A stretch of 64,000 bases of DNA, from NCBI GenBank assembly GCA_965248435.1, contig OZ252100.1, positions 3,488,001 through 3,552,000 of the forward strand, written 5' to 3'. The stretch comes from Candidatus Latescibacterota bacterium (lineage in GTDB: Bacteria > Latescibacterota > UBA2968 > GCA-2709665). Below the pieces are notes generated by a model. That model was given only the letters and a program-made list of their open reading frames with translations, did not search any database and was not told where the DNA came from. A program made the position numbers and the translations under genes. Shown here piece by piece: positions 57,321-64,000 of this stretch (the first letter of the stretch is position 1; the number at the start of each line of letters is the position of its first letter).

Positions 57321-58853
57321 CTATGCTGTGGCCGATCTCGTTTGGGCAGCGTCTTCTATGAGCATGGTGCGGATGAGTTTGGCCGCATCTTCAGGCCGCT
57401 CGGATATCAACTGTGCGATGCGACCCAACAAGAGTTCGTGCGGAGTCTCGGGCAGTTCTTCGGCAACCGATTCCTCTTCCAACTCGGCTTGTGCCTGGAG
57501 GGCAATCTCTTCCTCGCGGGCGACACCGCGCCCAATGGCGCCGATGATTGCACGCAGCACCAGCAGGGCCATGATGACGCCGATCAGCTTTGCTGCGTTC
57601 AGGACGATCTCGGTGATGAGCGCTTCACGCTCATCCGCCTTCCGCTTGATATCCTGCTGGGCCCGAATGTCGGTGATCGCGAATGGGAAGCTGCTGATTT
57701 GGAGCTGATCGCCTCGAGCACTGTCCAACCCGACGGCACCACGCACGAGGTCCGCGACCATGTCTATCTCCTCAGGCGTGCGATCTCGGAAGGGCACCGC
57801 TTCATCTTCCGCCGCTTCGAGTATATTCGGCACGTTCCGGTTGACCGTCAGGGAGACAGAAATCCGTCTGATGGAGCCGACCGACCCCGCGATTCGCTTG
57901 ATGGTCTTGTTGACTTCGTAGTTCGAGACGGTGCTTTCCTTGGTTCCGGACTCCGCCGAACTCTCTTCGTTGCGCTGCTCGCTGCGGATGACCCTCGAGG
58001 CTGGATCGAAGGCCTCAACCGTCTCCTCGGTCTGATCGAAGCTCAATTCTGTCGTGACCCTGACGACCGCCTGGTCCGGTCCCAGGACGTGATCGAGCGT
58101 TTCCTGTGCCCTGGCCTCGAGATAGTGCTCGACGTTCCGTTGAACTTCGAGCTGTTTCGAGGTGAGTCGTGCCAGAGGATCGATCTCCTCGGAGAGGAGA
58201 TTCCCCTCGCTGTCTGCGACCACGATGTTTCTGAAGTCCAGACCTTCCACGCTGGCCGCGACCAGCCGCTGAATGCCCTCAATTTGTCTCGTCGTTGGAG
58301 CCATTCTCTGCCGCAACCTGAGCATGATTGAAGCCGTCGTGATCTTCTGGTCCTCGGTGAAGAGGCTGGGTTCAGGCATTACGACGTGGAGCCGAACGTC
58401 TTCCACCTGCTCGAGCTCCATAATCGTCTTCTTGAGTTCGCCCTCGAGGGCCTGACGCATCTTGACCTTCTGAAGAAAGTCCGTCATGCCGAGGGGGACT
58501 TCATCGAAGATCTCGTAGCCGATCAGTCCTGTGGAAGGGAAGCCTTCGGCCGCGAGCGCCGCTCGAAGCCTTAAACGATCTTCCTCGGGGACCATCACGA
58601 GGGTCCCGTCTCCACCCAATTGGTAGTCCTGATTCAACTCCCGAAGCCGGGCGGAGAGTTCCCCTGCTTCTTTAAGATCCAGGTCGGTGTAGAGCGGGAG
58701 GTATTCTACTTTACTCTCGCCGCCGCCAGCCGAGAGGACGATCAAGAGAATGACGACGAGACCTCCACCGCCCCCGAAAGCGATCTTCCGGTTTCGATCG
58801 AGCCCTCCCCACATCTCTTGAGCCCGTTCCATCAGGGCGCGCAGTTGATCCAT
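57321..58853 (-). CDS. fliF: Flagellar MS-ring protein FliF
   Basis: GYEIFD..GMTDF..ALEGEL..TI, VRLHVVMPEPSLF, ASVEGL, SNYEVNK, GAVGLD..RGD, PEDAAKLIR. Confidence 0.95.
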   Translation of the reverse strand: MDQLRALMERAQEMWGGLDRNRKIAFGGGGGLVVILLIVLSAGGGESKVEYLPLYTDLDLKEAGELSARLRELNQDYQLGGDGTLVMVPEEDRLRLRAALAAEGFPSTGLIGYEIFDEVPLGMTDFLQKVKMRQALEGELKKTIMELEQVEDVRLHVVMPEPSLFTEDQKITTASIMLRLRQRMAPTTRQIEGIQRLVAASVEGLDFRNIVVADSEGNLLSEEIDPLARLTSKQLEVQRNVEHYLEARAQETLDHVLGPDQAVVRVTTELSFDQTEETVEAFDPASRVIRSEQRNEESSAESGTKESTVSNYEVNKTIKRIAGSVGSIRRISVSLTVNRNVPNILEAAEDEAVPFRDRTPEEIDMVADLVRGAVGLDSARGDQLQISSFPFAITDIRAQQDIKRKADEREALITEIVLNAAKLIGVIMALLVLRAIIGAIGRGVAREEEIALQAQAELEEESVAEELPETPHELLLGRIAQLISERPEDAAKLIRTMLIEDAAQTRSATA

Positions 58854-59094
58854 AATTACCTGACCTCTTTGGTGAATCTGGTTTCGGATTTCCCCGACGA
58901 GATATCTGCTTCCTTCGAGTTTCTCTTTAGAGTCCCGGGTTGACCACGGATCGAGGCAGACAGACCCCCCCCCGCCAACACCCCATCTACTGGGTATGGA
59001 CTTCCTCTCACGGTCTGGATCGACCGTTAAATCAGATCAAGGCCACAGATGTTCGGATGATGCCTGTCGCTTCTCCTGATCTTAAGTCTGCACC

Positions 59095-59463
59095 TTACAC
59101 CTGAATTCTCATAATTTCCTGGAATGATTCCATGGTACGGTTTCTGATTTCAAGCAACAAGTCCAAGGCAAGGCCGGCTTCCTGAACGGCAACCATGACC
59201 TGGTGGACGTCCGTGATCTCACCGGCCGCAAAGGCGTCTATCGCTCTGCCCGACTGAAGGGAAACATCGTTGACATCGCCGATAAAGTTTCGAACAAGGT
59301 CGAGAAATTCTGGTTTGGGAGCTCCCTCGGGGGCTTCAAGGATGCCCGGGCCTTCTGGAGATCCTACTTCAAGTTTGCGGGGCTGGCCTTGCTCGAGCTG
59401 TCGGAATGACTGCTGGCCCCCGGGGCCCTGGGCCTCTGACGAGATGATATTCGTGATCGGCAT
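59095..59463 (-). CDS. fliE: Flagellar hook-basal body protein FliE
   Basis: DVHQVMVAVQEAGLAL..EIRNR..ESFQEIMRIQV. Confidence 0.93.
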   Translation of the reverse strand: MPITNIISSEAQGPGGQQSFRQLEQGQPRKLEVGSPEGPGILEAPEGAPKPEFLDLVRNFIGDVNDVSLQSGRAIDAFAAGEITDVHQVMVAVQEAGLALDLLLEIRNRTMESFQEIMRIQV

Positions 59464-59464
59464 T

Positions 59465-60169
59465 CTAGAATGGGTTCCTGTCCAGGATCGATTTAATTCG
59501 CAGGACTTCGGGTACGAATCGTTTGGTTTCGAGGGGCATTCTTTTTTTCTGAACCGCTCCTGGACCCGCATTGTAGGCCCAGAGCGCCAGCTCAGGATGG
59601 TCGAACTGCGTCAAAAGAGAACCCAGATAGCGGGTGCCGCCAAAGATGTTCTGTGCCGCATCGAACGGGTTGCTCACACCAACCTCAGAGGCCGTGGCGG
59701 GCATCAACTGCATCAGACCCTTTGCCCCACGATTGGAGACGGCCTTCGGATCGCTGCCCGACTCGACATAGATCAAGGCTCGAACCAGATTGGGATCTAT
59801 GCTGTTCATTCGGCTATAGCGTTCAATGAGGGGATCGTATCGTTTGAGGCGTTTCAAGACCCTGGTATCCAGGCCGGTCGGAATCAGTGACGGGGAAGGC
59901 GGTCGCTTCGGACCCGAAAGGAGGGGGTCCGGATCTTGTCTGGCCTCAGGCGGGCTAGAAAAGAGGTCAAAGGGGATTCGGCTATCCGCCACGGGCAGAC
60001 CCGAGCTACGGAGCAGGATCCGATAGGCCAGATCCGCGCGATAGCTCCGCTCCAAAAGGGCCCTGTTTTCCATGCGGCGGACAGCCCTCTTTTCGGCCGA
60101 TGCTGGACTGGAATCCGCACTCAGCGCGCCAAAGATACAGAAAAGGATGTAGGGGGTCAATTTGTTCAT
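59465..60169 (-). CDS. Lytic transglycosylase (SLT domain) with signal peptide
   Basis: ALIYVESG.DPKAVS.RGAKGLMQLMP.TA, NIFGGTRYL, AYNAGPG, ETKRFV. Confidence 0.9.
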   Translation of the reverse strand: MNKLTPYILFCIFGALSADSSPASAEKRAVRRMENRALLERSYRADLAYRILLRSSGLPVADSRIPFDLFSSPPEARQDPDPLLSGPKRPPSPSLIPTGLDTRVLKRLKRYDPLIERYSRMNSIDPNLVRALIYVESGSDPKAVSNRGAKGLMQLMPATASEVGVSNPFDAAQNIFGGTRYLGSLLTQFDHPELALWAYNAGPGAVQKKRMPLETKRFVPEVLRIKSILDRNPF

Positions 60170-60282
60170 CTCTTATAATTCCCTACTCTTGAAAGGGTTT
60201 TTTTGGACATAGTTGTAGATCTAGGTCCGGGATCGGAAGGCCTATGGACCTGGTGTCCGACCGAGATTCCGGGTGGACGGTT

Positions 60283-60558
60283 CTATGCCTGCAAGTCCAG
60301 GGAGTTCCCTGGGATGGAATAACTTCTTGCCGCCCCGCGAGCGGTGTAAACTTCCTTTAACGGGGCGAAGAGCGATTCAATGGCCCGACTTTCTTCGGCC
60401 GTGAGCACGCCCTTTATCGTTCCGATTTGGGGTGATGGTTTCCCTGCGTCGCCGGACTCGAGCGCTTCGGGCCGGGCGGGATCTGAAACTGTGATATCAA
60501 TGGTCCGAGCCGCCGGCTTGGCCGCTTCGGACACGTTCGTGATGGGTCTCAAGTTCAT
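60283..60558 (-). CDS. Hypothetical small flagellar-operon protein
   Basis: 91-aa ORF directly after flgB; LTAEE..IESLF and C-terminal GNSLDLQA. Confidence 0.6.
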   Translation of the reverse strand: MNLRPITNVSEAAKPAARTIDITVSDPARPEALESGDAGKPSPQIGTIKGVLTAEESRAIESLFAPLKEVYTARGAARSYSIPGNSLDLQA

Positions 60559-60579
60559 TTCTGGTCGCGGTGAGGGTTA

Positions 60580-61002
60580 TCAGGCGCCGGGTTGACCGGT
60601 TATGCTCTTACGGATTCCCTTGAACTGTCCCCTGAGCAGGGTGGCCCCAATGTTGTACAAGAGGTGATTTTCGGCCAGGTCACCCATTTCCGAATCGATG
60701 TCTACGTTGTTGATTCCCGTTGTATTGGGCCCCGGTTCGGGCTGGAGGATCCTGGGTCTGGCCAGCGGATCTGTCTCCCCGACGGGCATGTGTCGCTGAT
60801 CGGTTCGCGCGCCCTGGACTGCAGGCTTGACGACCTGGGCCCTGAGGTAGGTGGCGAAGTTGACGTCTTTTCTTCGGTAATTGACCGTGTTGACGTTTGC
60901 GATGTTGTTGGAAATCGCCTTGTGACGTAGCGATGTCACGTTCAGCATCTTGTTCAGGAGCGGGATCTTCGTCTTGTCAAAGACAAGGTTCCTCATTAGC
61001 AC
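60580..61002 (-). CDS. flgB: Flagellar basal body rod protein FlgB
   Basis: RHKAISNNIANVNT.NYRRKDVNF, NNVDIDSEM..LAEN. Confidence 0.95.
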   Translation of the reverse strand: MLMRNLVFDKTKIPLLNKMLNVTSLRHKAISNNIANVNTVNYRRKDVNFATYLRAQVVKPAVQGARTDQRHMPVGETDPLARPRILQPEPGPNTTGINNVDIDSEMGDLAENHLLYNIGATLLRGQFKGIRKSITGQPGA

Positions 61003-61068
61003 GGCGCGACTGCCCTCCAGGTTGGGACACCTTTTTCTGACTTCGATAAAGTTGCTCTCGCCCTCAAA

Positions 61069-61084
61069 AGCAACATGTGTACCG
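61069..61084 (-). promoter_or_regulatory. Sigma54 -24/-12 promoter upstream of flgB
   Basis: CGGTACACATGTTGCT (GG-N10-GC); IHF match TATCAATATGTTA at 61136-61148. Confidence 0.7.
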
Positions 61085-61332
61085 AAGCCGGATGGAGACC
61101 CTCCCTAGGGGCAATGTGATATGTTATTATATATATATCAATATGTTATATTGAATTCTCCGGGAATCCACGGACGTATTTATGAGGGGGTTTCTCAAGA
61201 AAAACCTTCCCAGAAGGTGGGAAAGCGAGGGGATCAGTGGCTGAGGCAGTCGTGATCCGGTATCCCAGGTGGGGGCGGAGCGCGTTACGACTGATGCTTC
61301 TTGACGGTGGGATGGACAACCCATATTATCAC

Positions 61333-61360
61333 CTCGTATCTCGTATCTCGTATCCTGCTT
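61333..61360. repeat. Heptamer repeat (CTCGTAT)x3 plus one degenerate unit
   Basis: ctcgtat ctcgtat ctcgtat cctgctt. Confidence 0.75.
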
Positions 61361-61379
61361 CGTTCGAGGACTTTGACCC

Positions 61380-62057
61380 GTGCTAACCGCACCTGAGTGG
61401 CAGGCCCTGCTTCTTTCGATCAAGGTTGGTGTTCTCTGTGTCTTGCTGAGCCTCTTACCGGCTGTGCTTTTGGGTTGGGCGCTCGCTCGCGTGCCGTTTC
61501 GGGGTAAGATCCTGGTGGATGGACTCTGTCATATGCCCCTGGTCCTTCCCCCTGTCGTCACGGGCTACCTGCTTCTTGTCCTGTTCGGGCGTCGTGGGGT
61601 CTTTGGGGGAATCATCGAGGGCGTCCTGGGCATTCAGCTTGCCTTCGACTGGAAAGGGGCCGTCGTGGCATCGGCAGTGGTTGGATTTCCGCTGATGCTG
61701 AGGGCCATACGGCTTTCGATCGAGGGCGTGGATACTCGGTTGGAGAGGGCCGCCCGCACGCTTGGGGCAGGACCCTTACGCGCTTTTTGGACGGTCACCC
61801 TGAGGTTGGCGTCGCCCGGACTGCTCGTGGGCGCTCTGCTTTCTTTCGCAAGGAGCCTGGGCGAGTTCGGGGCAACCATCACCTTTGTCTCGAATATCGC
61901 GGGCGAGACCCGGACGCTCCCGCTCGCGATGTTCACCTATCTGAGCCAACCCGGTGGAGAACAGGCCTCGGCGAGGCTGGCCCTTATCTCGGTGATTCTG
62001 GCGTTTACCGCCCTCCTGGCGAGCGAGTGGGTTGCCAGGAGAGTCAAGCGGGGATAG
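61380..62057 (+). CDS. modB: Molybdate ABC transporter permease
   Basis: PLVLPPVVTGY, VVGFPLM, LERAARTLGA, FARSLGEFGATI, ETRTLPLA. Confidence 0.95.
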   Translation: MLTAPEWQALLLSIKVGVLCVLLSLLPAVLLGWALARVPFRGKILVDGLCHMPLVLPPVVTGYLLLVLFGRRGVFGGIIEGVLGIQLAFDWKGAVVASAVVGFPLMLRAIRLSIEGVDTRLERAARTLGAGPLRAFWTVTLRLASPGLLVGALLSFARSLGEFGATITFVSNIAGETRTLPLAMFTYLSQPGGEQASARLALISVILAFTALLASEWVARRVKRG

Positions 62058-62058
62058 T

Positions 62059-63138
62059 TTGCTTTCTATCGACCTCGAGTGGCGCCGATCCGACTTCAGG
62101 CTGAGTGTAGAAGTCGTCTGTCCTTACGCTGTGACGGCGGTCTTCGGACCTTCCGGCGCAGGGAAGACGACGCTGTTGAACCTTCTCGCCGGTTTCACCC
62201 TCCCTGACCGGGGGGAAGTGAAGATCGGGGAGGAGATCCTCTTTTCATCCAAAAGGGGGATCAATCTTCCTCCTGAGAAACGCCGCGTGGGGCTGGTCTT
62301 TCAAGACGGTCTCCTCTTCCCGCACATGACCGCCATCCAGAACCTGCGCTACGGTTATGACATGCTTCGCCCGGGGGCGCGGCGGTTCGAGGTAGATTCT
62401 ATTGTGGAGCTGCTCTCCCTCGGCGGCCTGCTGGATCGACGACCGGACACGCTTTCCGGAGGGGAGCGGCAGCGCGTCGCGCTCGGTCGAGCGATTCTGG
62501 CTTCTCCTAGAATGCTTTTGATGGACGAACCCCTGGCCTCCCTCGACCAGGGGCTGAAGGATCGAATCATTCCCTACCTGCGTCATATCCGGTCAGATCT
62601 CGAGATCCCCATGTTTTATGTGAGCCATTCGGTCGCAGAAATCCTGGAATTGACCGGTCAGGTGATCGTCCTGAATTCCGGCCGTGTGGTTGCGCACGGA
62701 GATTTCTTCGATATCGCACACGATCCTGAGGTACTTCCGCTGGTTGAGGCTCACGGATTCGAGAACGTCCTCCCGGTTCAGCTCGTGTCGAGCGATGCCT
62801 CTCGAGGGACTTCTGTCGTAAACTACAGAGACCAGGAATTGAAAGTACCCTACACCGATCGGCCGATCGGTCGGAGAATGTTTATTGGCATTCGAGCGAA
62901 CGATATCATCCTTTGTAGAAAACGTCCGGAAGGGCTGAGTATCCGCAATGCCCTTCCCGGCCGGATCCTCGAAGTATCCGAGGTAGCCGGGAAACAGCTG
63001 ATCTATGTGGATGTCGGGAAGCGGCTTGCAGTGGAAGTGACCGCTGAGGCAGTGGAGGAACTCGGTCTAAACGCCGCAGACAGGGTTGTCTGTTTGATCA
63101 AGACACATTCGATTCGGATCGGACCGGAGGCGGAATAA
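62059..63138 (+). CDS. modC: Molybdate ABC transporter ATP-binding protein
   Basis: FGPSGAGKTT, LSGGERQRVALGRA, MDEPLASLD, C-terminal TOBE/Mop (SIRNAL, IKT). Confidence 0.93.
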   Translation: MLSIDLEWRRSDFRLSVEVVCPYAVTAVFGPSGAGKTTLLNLLAGFTLPDRGEVKIGEEILFSSKRGINLPPEKRRVGLVFQDGLLFPHMTAIQNLRYGYDMLRPGARRFEVDSIVELLSLGGLLDRRPDTLSGGERQRVALGRAILASPRMLLMDEPLASLDQGLKDRIIPYLRHIRSDLEIPMFYVSHSVAEILELTGQVIVLNSGRVVAHGDFFDIAHDPEVLPLVEAHGFENVLPVQLVSSDASRGTSVVNYRDQELKVPYTDRPIGRRMFIGIRANDIILCRKRPEGLSIRNALPGRILEVSEVAGKQLIYVDVGKRLAVEVTAEAVEELGLNAADRVVCLIKTHSIRIGPEAE

Positions 63139-63219
63139 CGGGTACCGGGCAGGCAGAGAAGGGTACCGTAAATACAACTGCGGGCGGATTGAGGATTGAA
63201 AGGAATTGAGGCTATCGAG

Positions 63220-64000
63220 GTGAGTGTTGCATCCTCTTTGTTGGGGTCTGGTCCACTCAGGCTTAAAGGCAACTGCCACTGTCACTCGACGTATTCGGAT
63301 GGGGCCCATCCACCGGATGAGACAGTTGGACGATACCGCGCGGCTGGCTACGACTTCCTTTTTCTTACCGAGCACTGCGACAAACTTACGAATGGCGAGT
63401 TTCCTGATTTCGGGGTGCTGGACAGCCCGGACTTCCGCGTGCTGCCCGGAGTGGAGTACAGAAATACCACGCACCGGGGCGGACGTGAAAGGATGGCCAT
63501 GATTCTGGGTTTGGGGACCCTGGAGGTAGATCACTGGAGGCCCGGTTTGGATCAACAGTCCACGATCGATGCGATCAATCAAGATGGGGGGCTGGCTGTT
63601 CTGAGCTGTACGGTTTGGGATGGAAGAGTAGCGGGTGATATGTTGAACCTGGAGGGCGTGTCCGGTATCGAGATCTACAATGCAACGTGCGAAGGATCCG
63701 TCAACAAGGGATTCGCGCTGACGCACTGGGATGCACTGCTGGAGTCCGGAATGCGGCTCAACGGTTTGGCCGTGGATGATACACACTTCAGCGAGTGGCC
63801 CGACTTTGGGTTGGGCTGGATCGTCGTGTCGGCGAAGGACAGGACGCCTCCCTCGATCGTGGAGGGCCTTAGAACCGGCGTATTCTACTCGTCTTGCGGA
63901 CCAGAGATAAAGGAATGGTCGATTCAAGGCTCCAGGATTCGTTTTCGCTGCTCTCCGGTCGAGAAGATCGTCTATAGTGGGGTCGGACCGTGGGGTCGCG
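63220..64000 (+). CDS. PHP-domain (CehA/McbA-like) metallohydrolase, runs off window end
   Basis: Manual translation: LKGNCHCHSTYSDG..YRAAGYDFLFLTEH..LPGVEY..GIEIYN..WDALL..AVDDTH. Confidence 0.8.
   Translation, partial: MSVASSLLGSGPLRLKGNCHCHSTYSDGAHPPDETVGRYRAAGYDFLFLTEHCDKLTNGEFPDFGVLDSPDFRVLPGVEYRNTTHRGGRERMAMILGLGTLEVDHWRPGLDQQSTIDAINQDGGLAVLSCTVWDGRVAGDMLNLEGVSGIEIYNATCEGSVNKGFALTHWDALLESGMRLNGLAVDDTHFSEWPDFGLGWIVVSAKDRTPPSIVEGLRTGVFYSSCGPEIKEWSIQGSRIRFRCSPVEKIVYSGVGPWGR

Noticed and set aside
58965-58973. C9 homopolymer between fliE and fliF as a phase-variation switch
   Set aside because: It is non-coding and not within a recognisable promoter spacer.
63067-63927. 286-aa minus-strand ORF
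   Set aside because: It is the shadow of the plus-strand PHP hydrolase that runs off the window end.

Overview
Bacterial chromosomal window, probably from a high-GC diderm (LolA-like gene present); taxonomy cannot be fixed from this sequence alone. There are four zones. (1) 1-18.4 kb holds housekeeping and metabolic genes: an AGCS symporter split by a probable frameshift, TauE, TrmY, LolA-like, an orphan fliL, pyrE, a GNAT-NSAR/OSBS-M20 operon, pyruvoyl arginine decarboxylase plus a DHS-like gene, moaB, a SprA-like gene with a sigma28-like promoter, an orphan minimal flagellin, core MetE and a LeuB/TDH-family gene. (2) ~18.5-26.1 kb is an A/T-richer island of co-oriented minus-strand genes separated by degenerate attC-like sites, with no integrase in the window. 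It looks like a decaying integron cassette array and carries a TIR fusion protein, a B12 radical SAM plus a nonsense-interrupted DMT exporter, a lone membrane-anchored binding protein, a truncated pentapeptide-repeat gene and an ART-HYD1-like small protein. This island is the best candidate for an undescribed defence or small-molecule system. (3) 26-32.6 kb holds HEAT, cupin, xylulokinase and smc genes. (4) 32.8-61 kb is a large flagellar cluster (flgB to fliA, HDOD, histidine kinase) that lacks flgC, fliG and fliM. It has one motA with two Na+-type motB paralogs, a 925-aa FliK with a 4x87-bp repeat, an enlarged FlgE, a candidate two-hairpin RNA before flgE, and sigma54+IHF and sigma70 promoters. 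modB, modC and a partial PHP hydrolase end the window. All calls come from motif recognition by eye; no database searches were run.
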